Source: Escherichia phage vB_EcoM_SA35RD
DNA length: 64,000 bases
Sequence record: OL960577.1
Reading direction: 5' to 3' (one strand)
Numbering within the stretch: the stretch's first letter is position 1; each line of letters begins with the position of its first letter. Under the pieces are notes generated by a model. The model saw nothing but the letters and a program-made list of their open reading frames with translations. It ran no database searches and was not told the origin of the DNA. This document shows, piece by piece, positions 44,787-56,852 of this stretch. A program made the position numbers and the translations under genes.

Positions 44787-45074
44787 TTACAGAAGAGTTT
44801 TTGCAATAATTTTAAGCTGAGCTACAGAAATGTGCTTAGTTTTAAACAGTGCAGTCTCTTCAGCCGGAGAGATAACAATAGTAGCGCCATCTTTCTTAGC
44901 AGACCATCCATCCCCTAAGTAAACAGTACCTTTTACTTCTTCGCCGTCAACCAGACTAATCATTGGTTTACCCTCACGTCCTTTATTTGCTTTAATAACT
45001 TCGGAAGTAAGGGTTGCTTCGGTTAGAGTAGAAACGTTAGCATCAGGTGATATAAATTCTTTATAGGTTTTCAT
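44787..45074 (-). CDS. ipI: internal protein I (IPI-like)
   Basis: 95 aa; MKTYKEFIS leader; position next to 57B as in T4; body resembles IPI as I recall it. Confidence 0.7.
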   Translation of the reverse strand: MKTYKEFISPDANVSTLTEATLTSEVIKANKGREGKPMISLVDGEEVKGTVYLGDGWSAKKDGATIVISPAEETALFKTKHISVAQLKIIAKTLL

Positions 45075-45108
45075 TTTATTTCCTTGAGGTCGTTTATTTG
45101 ATAGGATG

Positions 45109-45138
45109 ATAGTAACACGTCATCATCCTTATGTAAAC
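45109..45138 (-). promoter_or_regulatory. early promoter cassette (-35 GTTTAC, -10 TACTAT) upstream of ipI
   Basis: Read directly. Confidence 0.5.
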
Positions 45139-45151
45139 TGTTTTGTGAAAA

Positions 45152-45837
<686 letters not shown>

Positions 45838-45841
45838 TTTA

Positions 45842-46576
45842 TTACCTTAAGATTGTTTCAATTTTAGAATAAAGCTCTTCTAAAGAGCCGTCGTTTGTAA
45901 TAACTAAATCGCCTTCTTCAATAGGCAACCCAGCTTCTGTAATATGTTTATCGGTGGATTCCGTACCAGAGCGAACCACATGAATAACTGTAGCACCCAT
46001 CGCTCTAGCGGTTTCCATTTCATGGACTTGGCGTGTATCGGTTACAACATAGTAATCGAAATCACTTCCAATATAATCCATATAATTTAATGCAAAAAGT
46101 TTAACCCAATACATACGGTCAAATAAATTAACGACAACATCCGTACCGAGGGCTTGCATAAGACGGCGGATTGACCATGTGTCGTTGATATTATTTATAG
46201 CTTCACGCAGGGCTTCATATGGTTTAATATCTAGATATGAATATCCACCTTCTAAGGATGATAATACTTTAACATTATTAATTGGTAAATATTGACTTTG
46301 TAAATAAATTAGCGCTTCTTCCATTAATTCAATAACATCCAACTTATTGATATTTAATGGCGTTTCACGGTCGTATCCAACACCTTCAAAGTATTCATAT
46401 TTCAACTCAGTGAATACATCAGGGTTTTCAGCATGTTTACGTCCCCAGGCTATTGCTAGAGCGTCTTTAATCGGATATGCCAATTGGTATTTTACGGATT
46501 TAAAGTTTGAATTGATGTAATCAGCAGTAGTGTCTTTACCACTACGTTTGATGCCACTTAAAAAGATTAGCTCCAT
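45842..46576 (-). CDS. 1: deoxynucleoside monophosphate kinase gp1
   Basis: 244 aa; P-loop FLSGIKRSGKDTTADYI. Confidence 0.85.
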   Translation of the reverse strand: MELIFLSGIKRSGKDTTADYINSNFKSVKYQLAYPIKDALAIAWGRKHAENPDVFTELKYEYFEGVGYDRETPLNINKLDVIELMEEALIYLQSQYLPINNVKVLSSLEGGYSYLDIKPYEALREAINNINDTWSIRRLMQALGTDVVVNLFDRMYWVKLFALNYMDYIGSDFDYYVVTDTRQVHEMETARAMGATVIHVVRSGTESTDKHITEAGLPIEEGDLVITNDGSLEELYSKIETILR

Positions 46577-46629
46577 AGGTTTTCCTCATATAATTTATGA
46601 GTGATTATAACATACGGAGCTAGAAGCGA

Positions 46630-47214
46630 TTAACGCAAGGAAGGGTGTCTAGAAATGGATTTAGATTCGGCTGCCTGACGTGGTTGTTGAGATACAATGA
46701 CTTCACCATCTTTTTCTATCGTCATATACGCATAGTGAATAGTTGCTACGCACGTAACAGCAGGGTCAGAGTCTTCAGTGTAACTAAATTCAATTTCACT
46801 CAAATCAGAAATCCATGGTTTATAGAAATTTGCCGTCAAAACGACTTCAGTCTTATTGTTGTTTAAAATGTGCAAAGTAACAAACTCAGGACCATCGGAG
46901 TGGGCCGTATTATGTCCGGTTATATAGTTATTAGTGCTGAGCATCCATTTATACATGTTCATCCAGGACGTCATGTCTTCATCAACTATAAATCGTACAA
47001 CAAAAGGGTCATATTCAAATGTGGTGCCTGCACGCATTGCACGTCCTAACCCCATTGTGCCTGTCACAGTTTCAACAACAGGAATTCTCACACCTGGCAA
47101 TGGAGCCGTTTGGGCATTGAGCACAAAACCCGAAGTTCGTGTACTATCTGGGATATCCACAACAAAGTTTGTTATATTTGTTTGGTTAAAAATCTGTCTC
47201 GCTGGACGAGTCAT
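46630..47214 (-). CDS. 3: tail completion/sheath stabiliser gp3
   Basis: Track ORF 46630..47220; MTRPARQIFNQTNITNFVVDIP N-terminus; synteny. Confidence 0.7.
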   Translation of the reverse strand: MTRPARQIFNQTNITNFVVDIPDSTRTSGFVLNAQTAPLPGVRIPVVETVTGTMGLGRAMRAGTTFEYDPFVVRFIVDEDMTSWMNMYKWMLSTNNYITGHNTAHSDGPEFVTLHILNNNKTEVVLTANFYKPWISDLSEIEFSYTEDSDPAVTCVATIHYAYMTIEKDGEVIVSQQPRQAAESKSISRHPSLR

Positions 47215-47316
47215 AAGCACCTCAAAAACGCTTTAATAAAAATGCAGTATAATGGTTTTAGGTCTCTTCCATTAATCCGGTTCAACAGAATATCGGAAGA
47301 ACGGAAGAGAATAGAA

Positions 47317-48138
47317 TTAAGATTTCCAAACAGTATTCGCAGAGAAACGTTTTCCTTTTGACATAAACTGCTGAGTAGGTAACATGATTATGTTAGCCCA
47401 GTCTTTAGGAGCTATTTCTGTTATTGTTCCTCTAATGTGGCCTGGCAGGTATGCTTTAATCATTTTGTCAGCACCTTGAAATCCTTTCACCTTGCTCCAG
47501 TCTATCTTCAACTTTGTGTTATTAGTAATAGTAGTTGTGCTAGCATATTGCTTCAGCAATTCTTCAAGAAACTGTTGTCGTGCTTTAGGTGGGATATAGT
47601 GCAAGTTTAACCCATACATCAAATTATGTTTACCTAATCCTAAATAAATAATCAAAGGATATCTGTCCCAATATGGCAGAGTATCTTTATGTTTAGCATC
47701 ATACACGTAAGTATAAATTTTGCCTGGCGTAGGCTTGACTACTTTATGACCTTTTACACTTTTCTTAATTGTTTCAACAAACCACTTAGATGATTTGTTG
47801 TTTACTGCTGCGCCTTCATTTCTAATCTTTTCTCGTATTGAACTGCGAAACGAGTTTATCATCAGAAGTTGACGTTCTTGCTTATTGAGTTTATTTTTAG
47901 GTTTAGATTCAAGCGTTTCAATTTTCTGTGCAGTCTTAATAGATGATGCATATCTAGACATTGCAGATGTAAACGACGAGTATTTTATTCCTTTTGATTC
48001 TGCAAATGCTTTTGCAGTGATTCCTTTCTCTTTAGCTTTCTTGTATTCTAATCCTATCTCAATCCATTTTCTTTCATTCATAGACTGAGCAATCTTAGGG
48101 GCTTGTACGCCTTCAGATATAATTTGGAATATGCTCAT
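47317..48138 (-). CDS. 2: DNA end protector gp2
   Basis: 273 aa basic protein at T4 gene 2 position. Confidence 0.75.
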   Translation of the reverse strand: MSIFQIISEGVQAPKIAQSMNERKWIEIGLEYKKAKEKGITAKAFAESKGIKYSSFTSAMSRYASSIKTAQKIETLESKPKNKLNKQERQLLMINSFRSSIREKIRNEGAAVNNKSSKWFVETIKKSVKGHKVVKPTPGKIYTYVYDAKHKDTLPYWDRYPLIIYLGLGKHNLMYGLNLHYIPPKARQQFLEELLKQYASTTTITNNTKLKIDWSKVKGFQGADKMIKAYLPGHIRGTITEIAPKDWANIIMLPTQQFMSKGKRFSANTVWKS

Positions 48139-48140
48139 AA

Positions 48141-48593
48141 TTACCCCTTGTATCCGAGTTTTCTAAGACCATCTTCGGTTAGAACTCGAAATTTTATATT
48201 TCTCTTTTCAGCAACAGCTGAGGCAGCTTTCCATTTGTCACAGTTCACAGACCATGTGTAGATTTCATTCATATAACGTTTCTTAGCCGCAGTTGTAAGA
48301 TTCACCGGTTTAATAGGTGGCTGAGTTTCTTTCTTTGGTTTTATTTCTACAAAAAACTCTTGACCTGATGCATCTTTCATCCATATGTCCATATAGTATC
48401 GACGTTTTTTACCTTCAGCATTACAAAAATATGGAATTACTGCTGTTTCACTACCCCATGCAATAATTTCTGGATTTTTATCCAACCATTCGAAAAAGAA
48501 TTTTTCCCAGTTTGAACGATACGTTATTTTGGTATGGTCTCCACGGTATTTTTTTAAATTTTTTGGGACCCATTTACCAGAGTAGGCCATGTT
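48141..48593 (-). CDS. 4: head completion protein gp4
   Basis: Track ORF 48141..48734 trimmed to [19 protein letters not shown] (150 aa). Confidence 0.75.
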   Translation of the reverse strand, partial: NMAYSGKWVPKNLKKYRGDHTKITYRSNWEKFFFEWLDKNPEIIAWGSETAVIPYFCNAEGKKRRYYMDIWMKDASGQEFFVEIKPKKETQPPIKPVNLTTAAKKRYMNEIYTWSVNCDKWKAASAVAEKRNIKFRVLTEDGLRKLGYKG

Positions 48594-48601
48594 GTCCTCC
48601 T

Positions 48602-48609
48602 TATAAATA
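48602..48609 (+). promoter_or_regulatory. late promoter TATAAATA for gene 53
   Basis: Exact motif about 43 nt upstream of gp53 start. Confidence 0.7.
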
Positions 48610-48616
48610 GTATTAT

Positions 48617-48624
48617 TATTTATA
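48617..48624 (-). promoter_or_regulatory. late promoter TATAAATA for gene 4 (divergent)
   Basis: Forward tatttata about 24 nt upstream of gp4 start. Confidence 0.6.
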
Positions 48625-48651
48625 CCAATTTCATATTGGAAGGAGACTATC

Positions 48652-49227
48652 TTGTTATTTACATTCTTCGACCCAATAGGATATAGTGCTAAAACAGTTG
48701 ATAAGAATGCACCTACTATTCCTATGACAGACATATTTCGTAACTATAAAGAGTACTTTAAGCGTGTTGCTGCCAATTATAGATTACGTTCTTATTATAT
48801 TAAAGGCTCTCCGCGTCCTGAAGAACTAGCGAATATCATTTATGGCAACCCTCAATTATACTGGGTCATTTTGATGTGTAATGACAACTATGATCCGTAT
48901 TATGGTTGGATTACATCTCAGGAAGCCGCGTATCAAGCTTCCATTCAGAAATATGCTAATGCAGGCGGCGACCAAGTTCTTTATCATATTAATGAAAATC
49001 GTGAGAAATTTTACAATTTGGTTTCATATCCGGACGAGCCTTTAGTGTGGTACGATAAAGGTGATGAAGCTCGTAAGTATCCGCAATATAAAGGACCTTT
49101 AGCTGCAGTAGATACTTATGAAGCGGCAGTATTAGATAATGAAAAACTTCGTAAAATAAAAATTGTTGCAAAAGAAGATATAAACTCGTTTATCACAGAT
49201 TTGATTCGTGAGATGGAGATTGCATAA
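48652..49227 (+). CDS. 53: baseplate wedge protein gp53
   Basis: 191 aa, MLFTFFDPIGYSAKTV..., TTG start after GGAAGGAG RBS. Confidence 0.85.
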   Translation: MLFTFFDPIGYSAKTVDKNAPTIPMTDIFRNYKEYFKRVAANYRLRSYYIKGSPRPEELANIIYGNPQLYWVILMCNDNYDPYYGWITSQEAAYQASIQKYANAGGDQVLYHINENREKFYNLVSYPDEPLVWYDKGDEARKYPQYKGPLAAVDTYEAAVLDNEKLRKIKIVAKEDINSFITDLIREMEIA

Positions 49228-50960
49228 TGGAAATGATTAGCAGTAGCCTTAATTGGTTCGTGGGTGTTGTCGAGGACAGAATGGACCCGTTAAAACAAGG
49301 GCGAGTTCGAGTTCGAGTCGTTGGTCTTCATCCGGCCCAGAGAGCACAAGGTGACGTACAAGGTATTCCTACAGAAAAACTTCCATGGATGACTGTTATT
49401 CAACCTATTACGTCTGCATCAATGTCAGGTATTGGCGGTTCTGTTACAGGTCCTGTTGAAGGAACTCGAGTATATGGTCATTTCTTAGACAAATGGAAAA
49501 CAAACGGGATTGTACTTGGTACATACGGCGGAATCGTACGTGAAAAGCCTAATAGACTTGAAGGTTTTTCAGACCCGACGGGCCAGTATCCGCGACGTTT
49601 AGGTAATGATACGAACGTATTAAACCAAGGTGGTGAAGCTGGTTATTATTCGAACTCTAACGTAATTCAAGATAACAACTTAGATTATGGTATAAACCCA
49701 GACGATACAGATTTAGCAAATATTCCAGAAGATGACGACCCTAATTTTACAATAACAGAAATGTTACGTCGTGACGAAGGTCTTCGTGATAAAGTGTATT
49801 GGGACCATCTCGGGTATCCTACAGTAGGTATTGGACACCTTATCGTAATGGAAAAGACCCGAGATATGTCTCGAATTAATAAATTGTTATCTGATCAAGT
49901 AGGGCGTGAAGTAACAGGAAATCCGGGAACTATTACATTAGAAGAAGCAACAGCGTTATTTGAGAAGGACCTTGCTAAGATGCAGAAAGACATTCGTTCT
50001 AATTCTAAAGTAGGTCCTGTTTATGCTAAAATGAACAGATCTCGCCAAATGGCATTAGAAAACATGTGCTTCCAAATGGGCGTTGGTGGTGTAGCAAAAT
50101 TCAATACTATGCTTAAAGCAATGGCCGAAGGTGATTGGAAAACTGCATACAAATCTGGGCGCGATTCATTATGGTTCCAACAGACTAAAGGACGCGCTTC
50201 ACGTGTAACAACAATTATTTTAACCGGTAACATGGAATCATACGGTGTTCCTGTTAAAACACCGCCTTCACCAGGAGTTGGTGCCGATTTAGTTACTAGA
50301 AATACCGATCCAGAAGACCCGGCTGGTCCTCCTGTTCCATTAGATTCACGCATCCTTTTTAAAGAACCTGAATCAAGTTATCGTGGTGAGTATCCATATG
50401 TTCATGCTATGGAAACAGAAAGCGGTCATATCCAAGAATTTGACGATACTCCAGGTAATGAACGTTATCGCTTAGTTCATCCAACAGGGTCATATGAGGA
50501 AGTTTCTCCTTCTGGGCGTCGTACTCGTAAAACTGTAGAAGACCTTTTTGACATCACTAATGGCGATGGGAACTTTTTGATTTCTGGCGATAAGCTTGTT
50601 AACGTTGGTGCTAATGAAATATATTATAACATGGCAGACCGCCTCCATCAAATAGACGGCAATGACACAATCTTTATTCGTGGTAACCAATCTAAAACTG
50701 TTGAAGGCGATGGAACTCTTTACGTTAAGGGTGATATCAAAATAGTTGTTGACGGAAATGCAGATATTCTTGTTAAAGGTGATGCTAAAACTCAGGTCGA
50801 AGGGAATCATGATTACACCGTCAACGGAAACGTTAAATGGACTGTTAATGGTAATGTTGATATGACTGTTGCCGGGGATTGGGCAGAAACAATGTCTACA
50901 ATGAGCTCAGTAGCTTCAGGACAATACACTGTTGACGGATCTCGTATTGATATTGGGTAA
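49227..50960 (+). CDS. 5: baseplate hub/tail lysozyme gp5
   Basis: 577 aa; N-terminal OB domain, central T4-lysozyme-like domain, C-terminal VxGxxxxx beta-helix repeats. Confidence 0.9.
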   Translation: MEMISSSLNWFVGVVEDRMDPLKQGRVRVRVVGLHPAQRAQGDVQGIPTEKLPWMTVIQPITSASMSGIGGSVTGPVEGTRVYGHFLDKWKTNGIVLGTYGGIVREKPNRLEGFSDPTGQYPRRLGNDTNVLNQGGEAGYYSNSNVIQDNNLDYGINPDDTDLANIPEDDDPNFTITEMLRRDEGLRDKVYWDHLGYPTVGIGHLIVMEKTRDMSRINKLLSDQVGREVTGNPGTITLEEATALFEKDLAKMQKDIRSNSKVGPVYAKMNRSRQMALENMCFQMGVGGVAKFNTMLKAMAEGDWKTAYKSGRDSLWFQQTKGRASRVTTIILTGNMESYGVPVKTPPSPGVGADLVTRNTDPEDPAGPPVPLDSRILFKEPESSYRGEYPYVHAMETESGHIQEFDDTPGNERYRLVHPTGSYEEVSPSGRRTRKTVEDLFDITNGDGNFLISGDKLVNVGANEIYYNMADRLHQIDGNDTIFIRGNQSKTVEGDGTLYVKGDIKIVVDGNADILVKGDAKTQVEGNHDYTVNGNVKWTVNGNVDMTVAGDWAETMSTMSSVASGQYTVDGSRIDIG

Positions 50961-50963
50961 TAT

Positions 50964-51479
50964 ATGGCACAAATACTTCCTTTAAATACCGACTTAGGAG
51001 AAGACATGGAAGGGGCGTCTATTGAGGTCCTTTTTACTCCACAGTTAGAAACAACCGAAACTTTAGTGTCAATAAATATAACAGATTATGAACCGACACA
51101 AGGCATTACGGTAGATGGTAATCGTTTATATGGAACATATGAAAGTGTGTTTAGCTTTTCTTCGGATGCATTGAAATACCGATTAAATGATGATTTTGAA
51201 ACCGCATCTTCATGGGATGATTTACCAAAAGATGAATCCACACAGTTATATTTGTGGAGAGCTCCTCAGAATCTTCGTAAAGTGTTTAGTTATACGGTTG
51301 AAATGATTTATAACCACCAAGAAGAAAGTTCATCAGGCGGTTCTAGAAGTGACTCTGGTACAGAACCTCCACCGGCTCCAGTACAAAAAACTCTTACTAA
51401 GGTTTATACAAAAACTATAGTAGGAAATTGGAGCAAATGGGCTCATCAATTACGAAACTATGTTTATGTGAGGCCGTGA
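50964..51479 (+). CDS. gp5.1-like protein (171 aa)
   Basis: Track ORF between 5 and 5.4. Confidence 0.55.
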   Translation: MAQILPLNTDLGEDMEGASIEVLFTPQLETTETLVSINITDYEPTQGITVDGNRLYGTYESVFSFSSDALKYRLNDDFETASSWDDLPKDESTQLYLWRAPQNLRKVFSYTVEMIYNHQEESSSGGSRSDSGTEPPPAPVQKTLTKVYTKTIVGNWSKWAHQLRNYVYVRP

Positions 51480-51481
51480 AA

Positions 51482-51775
51482 ATGTCTGGCTTAAGTTACG
51501 ACAAGTGCGTTACAGCAGGTCATGAAGCATGGCCTCCTACTGTAATAAATGCTTCTCAATCTAAAGTGTTCACCGGCGGTATTCCTGTTCTTGTGGCAGG
51601 AGACCAAATAACACCTCATACAGAAATTAAAAAACCATACGAGACTCATGGAGGTGTTACTGAACCTCGTACATCTAAAGTATACGTCACCGGTAAAAAG
51701 GCCGTTCAAATGGCTGACCCAATTTCATGCGGGGATACTGTTTCTCAGGCCTCGTCAAAAGTCTTTATCAAATAG
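51482..51775 (+). CDS. 5.4: PAAR spike-tip protein gp5.4
   Basis: Track ORF 51428..51775 trimmed to [20 protein letters not shown] (97 aa). Confidence 0.8.
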   Translation: MSGLSYDKCVTAGHEAWPPTVINASQSKVFTGGIPVLVAGDQITPHTEIKKPYETHGGVTEPRTSKVYVTGKKAVQMADPISCGDTVSQASSKVFIK

Positions 51776-51783
51776 GAATTAAA

Positions 51784-53757
51784 ATGGCAAACACTCCTGT
51801 AAATTATCAATTAACCCGAACAGCGAATGCTATTCCCGAGATTTTTATCGGGGGCACATTTGCCGAAATCAAACAGAATATTATCGAATGGCTTAATGGG
51901 CAGAATGAATTTCTTGATTATGATTTTGAAGGTTCACGCTTAAACGTATTGTGCGACCTTTTAGCATATAACACTCTTTACATCCAACAGTTTAGTAATA
52001 GTGCAGTGTATGAAAGTTTTATGCGTACTGCAAACTTGCGTAGTTCTGTTGTACAAGCGGCTCAAGATAACGGATATCTGCCTTCATCTAAATCAGCAGC
52101 ACAAACAGAAATTATGCTCACATGTACGGATGCATTAAATAGAAACTATATCACCATTCCACGTGGCACTCGTTTCTTAGCATACGCTAAAGATACTTCT
52201 GTTAACCCGTATAACTTTGTTTCTACTGAAGATGTCATTGTAGTTAAAGACAAAAATAACCAATATTTTCCACGTCTTCGATTAGCTCAAGGACGTATTG
52301 TTCGCACTGAATTAACATTTGATAAATTAAAACCTATCATTATTCGTGATAAGAATATTGACCGTAATTTGGTTAAGTTGTATGTTGACGGAGCAGAATG
52401 GATTAACTGGACTCGTAAGTCGATGGTTCACGCTGGTTCTACGTCAACAATCTATTATATGCGTGAAACAGTTGACGGGAACACCGAATTTTATTTTGGT
52501 GAGGGCGAAATCTCTATTAACACATCAGAAGGTGCGTTAACATCTAACTATATTGGTGGCCTTAAACCTGTTCAGGGTTCTAAAATCGTAATTGAGTATA
52601 TTTCTACTAATGGTGCAGATGCTAACGGAGCTGTAGGATTTTCTTATGCTGATACATTAGCTAATATCACGGTAATCGATATTAACGAGAACCCTAGCAA
52701 TAACCCAGACTTTGTTGGGGCCGACGGTGGTGGTGACCCTGAAGATATTGAACGTATCCGCGAATTAGGCACAATTAAACGCGAAACTCAACAACGTTGT
52801 GTAACCGCTTCCGACTATGACACATTCGTCTCTGAGCGGTTTGGTTCTATTATTCAAGCGGTTCAAACATTCACAGATTCATCTAAACCCGGGTACGCAT
52901 ATATTGCTGCTAAGCCTAAATCTGGATTGTATTTGACTTCTGTCCAACGTGATGATATCAAAAACTATTTGAATGATTATAACTTAGGGACTATTACACC
53001 TGTTGTTATTTCGCCTGATTATTTGTTTATCAAAATGAATATCAAAGTTACATATGCTTTGAATAAGCTTCAAGAATCAGAGCAATACCTTGAAGGGCAG
53101 ATTATTAATAAAATAGACCGTTATTATATTGAAGATGTAGAAATTTTTAACTCATCGTTTGCAAAATCTAAAATGCTAACTTATGTCGATGATGCAGATA
53201 TTTCTATTATTGGTTCTTCAGCTACTATTCAAATGGTTCGCGAAGTACAAAACTTCTATAAAACGCCTGAGGCCGGTATTAAATACAATAATCAGATTAA
53301 AGATAGATCGATGGAATCTAATATATTCTCGTTTGATTCACACAGACCTAATCCAGAAAATGCAAATGAAACTATTAAATACGGTGTTCGCATAGTATCT
53401 TCTGACCGTAATGACCGTGGCATAGGTCAAGTTATTATTGGACCATTTGCAGACGGTGATGTTGTTGAAAACGAAAATATACAACCTTATACAGGTAATG
53501 ATTTTAATAAACTTACTGTTACTGACGGACGAAACAAATACTATTCAATTGGTGAAGTGAATTATCCTGCCGATTCGATTTATTGGAACATTGCTAAAAT
53601 TGACCTCACTTCGGATCGTTTTGAAGTTCAAACAATTGAACTTTATTCCGACCCTGCAGATGATATTATTTTTACAAAGGATGGTTCTTTAATCGTATTC
53701 GAAAATGACTTACGTCCTCAGTACTTAACTATAGATTTGGAGCCTATTTCACAATGA
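51784..53757 (+). CDS. 6: baseplate wedge protein gp6
   Basis: Track ORF 51727..53757 trimmed to MANTPVNYQ; size as T4 gp6. Confidence 0.85.
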   Translation: MANTPVNYQLTRTANAIPEIFIGGTFAEIKQNIIEWLNGQNEFLDYDFEGSRLNVLCDLLAYNTLYIQQFSNSAVYESFMRTANLRSSVVQAAQDNGYLPSSKSAAQTEIMLTCTDALNRNYITIPRGTRFLAYAKDTSVNPYNFVSTEDVIVVKDKNNQYFPRLRLAQGRIVRTELTFDKLKPIIIRDKNIDRNLVKLYVDGAEWINWTRKSMVHAGSTSTIYYMRETVDGNTEFYFGEGEISINTSEGALTSNYIGGLKPVQGSKIVIEYISTNGADANGAVGFSYADTLANITVIDINENPSNNPDFVGADGGGDPEDIERIRELGTIKRETQQRCVTASDYDTFVSERFGSIIQAVQTFTDSSKPGYAYIAAKPKSGLYLTSVQRDDIKNYLNDYNLGTITPVVISPDYLFIKMNIKVTYALNKLQESEQYLEGQIINKIDRYYIEDVEIFNSSFAKSKMLTYVDDADISIIGSSATIQMVREVQNFYKTPEAGIKYNNQIKDRSMESNIFSFDSHRPNPENANETIKYGVRIVSSDRNDRGIGQVIIGPFADGDVVENENIQPYTGNDFNKLTVTDGRNKYYSIGEVNYPADSIYWNIAKIDLTSDRFEVQTIELYSDPADDIIFTKDGSLIVFENDLRPQYLTIDLEPISQ

Positions 53758-56700
53758 CAGTAAAAGCGCCAGCAGTCACAAGTCTCAGAATATCCAAGTT
53801 GTCCGCTAACCAAGTTCAAATACGCTGGGATGACGTTGGTGCTAATTTCTACTATTTCGTAGAAATCGCTGAGACTAAAACGGCAGACGGGGAAATAATT
53901 CCCCCTGCCAGCTACAGATGGATAAATTTAGGATATACTCCTGATAGCAACTGGTTCGAAAGTAGCTTAGACCCATTAACTTCTTATATTATTCGTGTAT
54001 CAACTGCCGCTGAAGGCTTTGAGAGATCTGATTGGGTATATACCGAAATATTTGAATCATTTCAGACTAACGCGTATACATTTCAACATATGATTGAAAT
54101 GCAATTGGCTAACACTTTTATTAGAGAAAAATTTACAAATAACAACATGGCTTATGTCGATTTTAATAACGACACTATAATGGCAGCTCTAATGAATGAA
54201 TCGTTCCAATTTAGCCCTGCTTATGCGGATATTTCATCTATTAAAAATTTCATTATTGGCGAAAATGAGTATCATGAAATTCAAGGTTCGATTCAACAGG
54301 TGTGTCATGATATAAACCGTGTTTATTTGATGGAATCCGAAGGAATTCTTTATTTGTTTGAACGGTATCAGCCTGTGGTTAAAGTCTCTAATGATAAGGG
54401 ACAAACCTGGAAATCGGTTAAATTGTTTAATGACCGTGTAGGGTACCCTGTATCAAGAACAGTGTATTACCAGACAGGTTATACCACGTATGTTCTTGGG
54501 TATGATAAATTATTTTACGGCCGTAAATCAACTGACGTTCGTTGGTCTGCTGATGATGTGAGATTTAGTTCTCAAGATATAACATTTGCTAAAATTGGTG
54601 ACCAGTTAAATTTAGGATTTGATGTAGAAATATTTGGTAACTATGCATCATTACCTGCTAACGTATCACGTATTGCAGAAGCTATCGTTTGCAATGACGA
54701 TTATGTATACGTTGCTGCTCGAGATAAAGTTCGTTTTATTAAAACTAGTAATGCCCCTATTGATTCAGACCCGTTATCTCCGACATATTCCGAACGTTTG
54801 TTTGAACAAGAAACATTTAACATCACAGGTAACCCTAAGGCAGTTTGCTATAAAATGGATTCTGTCGGTGGTAAAATATTTGCACTGATTATTGGTGAAG
54901 TTGTTAATCTTAATGACGACCCGAGGACCACTCCTATTGTCGATTCTGCTGATAAGGGTGTTTACGTTCTAGACCATGATGCTGGCACATTTAAACGTGT
55001 GTTTGGTAATACTGAAGAAGAACGCCGTCGTATTGAACCTGGGTACACCAGTATGTCTACTGATGGTGTTGAGTTATCTATTTCATCTAGTAATTTTAAA
55101 TTTCTAGAATCGGATATTGTTGATGACCCGAAAACACAAATCAAGTACGGTTTAATCGGTGCTGTTAAATATGAGTATCCTCGCGAATGGTTGGCTGATA
55201 AACATTATCATATGATGGCATTTATTTCAACTGAAGACTCTCAATGGGAATCGTTCACTCCTCAACCGATGGAATACTATGCTGAGCCATTCTTTAGTTA
55301 TTCTAGAAAGTCTGGTACTCGATGTTGGATTAATAACTCAGACAAGGCCGTTGTAATTTATTCTGATTTACTTTACACTAAGGTTATTGAGAATCATCCA
55401 CTTAGTTCTTCAGACCGTGAAGTTCATGAATATTGGAAGGACGGCGACTGTACAATAGTGATGCCTAACGTAGATTTCACCGGATTTAAAAAATATGCAT
55501 CTGGCATGATTTTCTATAAAGCATCAGGTGAGATTATTTCTTATTATGATTTTAGTTACCGTGTTAGAGATAATGTTTCTATAATTTGGAAGCCTACTAA
55601 TATATTCTTAACAGCATCGTTACAAAACCAAGAAAAAGATACCACATGGACTCCTGTAGAAGAGAACGGTATTGCAGACCCAGATTTACGACCATTGCTC
55701 ACTACAATGATGCCAGAGTCTTATCTTTTAGATAATACAAACTTCGAAGCATTCTGCGAGGCTTATATTCAGTATCTTTCTGACGGTTATGGGACCCATT
55801 ATAACAACCTTTTGAATCTTATTAAAAATCAGTATCCGCGCGAAGAACATGCGTGGGAATATTTATGGTCTGAGATTTATAAACGAAACATTTACTTAAA
55901 CGCCGAAAAACGCGATTTAGTGTCTCGTTTCTTTGAATCAAGAAGTTATGACTTCTATTCAACTAAAGGAACTGAAGCATCGTATAAATTCTTGTTTAAA
56001 GTGCTTTATAACGAAGATGTTGAAATTGAAATTGAATCTAGTTCCGGGACCGAATATGATATCATCATTGAATCTGATTCGTTGACAGAAGATTTGGTCG
56101 GACAAACCATATACACCGCGACAGGACGTTGTAATGTGACGTATATCGAGAGAAGTTACTCTAAAGGTAAATTACAATGGACTGTAACAATTCACAACCT
56201 CTTAGGTCGTTTAATCCAAGGACAGGAAGTTAAAGCTGAAAGACTCCCTGGTTTTGAAGGTGAAATTGTTCGTGGTATTAAAGGTAAAGAGCTTTCTCAG
56301 AACAACATCGATTACATAAATCGTGGTAGAGCATACTACGTAATGAAGATTAAATCTAAACTTCCATCATCTCGTTGGAAATCAGACGTATTACGTTTTG
56401 TTCATCCGGTTGGATTTGGATTTATCGCAATTACCCTTCTCACAATGTTTATTAACACCGGATTAACACTTAAACATGTTGAAACCATTATTAATAAATA
56501 CAAAAACTATAAGTGGGATTCTGGATTACCGACTAAATATGCAGACCGAGTGGCTAAATTAGACCCACAAGGAAATGTTGAGTTTGACCCTATTACAGGT
56601 AAAGCGATATATGAAATAGGCCCTATGGCTGGTCAAGATTATCCATTGCCTGAAGATTATAATGCTGAAAACAATAACTCCATATTTCAAGGTCAACTTC

Positions 56701-56852
56701 CATCGGAACGACGTAAACTGATGAGCCCATTATTTGATGCGTCCGGAACAACATTCTCTAGATTTAGAGATTTGGTTGAACAACGGTTAATCGATAATGT
56801 AGGAAATCCAAGAGACCCCGTGAATCCACCACAGGTTAAATTAGATGAATGA
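53754..56852 (+). CDS. 7: baseplate wedge protein gp7
   Basis: 1032 aa, identical length to T4 gp7; synteny. Confidence 0.9.
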   Translation: MTVKAPAVTSLRISKLSANQVQIRWDDVGANFYYFVEIAETKTADGEIIPPASYRWINLGYTPDSNWFESSLDPLTSYIIRVSTAAEGFERSDWVYTEIFESFQTNAYTFQHMIEMQLANTFIREKFTNNNMAYVDFNNDTIMAALMNESFQFSPAYADISSIKNFIIGENEYHEIQGSIQQVCHDINRVYLMESEGILYLFERYQPVVKVSNDKGQTWKSVKLFNDRVGYPVSRTVYYQTGYTTYVLGYDKLFYGRKSTDVRWSADDVRFSSQDITFAKIGDQLNLGFDVEIFGNYASLPANVSRIAEAIVCNDDYVYVAARDKVRFIKTSNAPIDSDPLSPTYSERLFEQETFNITGNPKAVCYKMDSVGGKIFALIIGEVVNLNDDPRTTPIVDSADKGVYVLDHDAGTFKRVFGNTEEERRRIEPGYTSMSTDGVELSISSSNFKFLESDIVDDPKTQIKYGLIGAVKYEYPREWLADKHYHMMAFISTEDSQWESFTPQPMEYYAEPFFSYSRKSGTRCWINNSDKAVVIYSDLLYTKVIENHPLSSSDREVHEYWKDGDCTIVMPNVDFTGFKKYASGMIFYKASGEIISYYDFSYRVRDNVSIIWKPTNIFLTASLQNQEKDTTWTPVEENGIADPDLRPLLTTMMPESYLLDNTNFEAFCEAYIQYLSDGYGTHYNNLLNLIKNQYPREEHAWEYLWSEIYKRNIYLNAEKRDLVSRFFESRSYDFYSTKGTEASYKFLFKVLYNEDVEIEIESSSGTEYDIIIESDSLTEDLVGQTIYTATGRCNVTYIERSYSKGKLQWTVTIHNLLGRLIQGQEVKAERLPGFEGEIVRGIKGKELSQNNIDYINRGRAYYVMKIKSKLPSSRWKSDVLRFVHPVGFGFIAITLLTMFINTGLTLKHVETIINKYKNYKWDSGLPTKYADRVAKLDPQGNVEFDPITGKAIYEIGPMAGQDYPLPEDYNAENNNSIFQGQLPSERRKLMSPLFDASGTTFSRFRDLVEQRLIDNVGNPRDPVNPPQVKLDE

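Noticed and set aside
50021-50810. Minus-strand ORFs inside late genes 5 to 12 (for example 50021-50353, 50490-50810, 54962-55144, 62074-62259)
   Set aside because: Embedded antisense in long, conserved plus-strand structural genes; likely spurious
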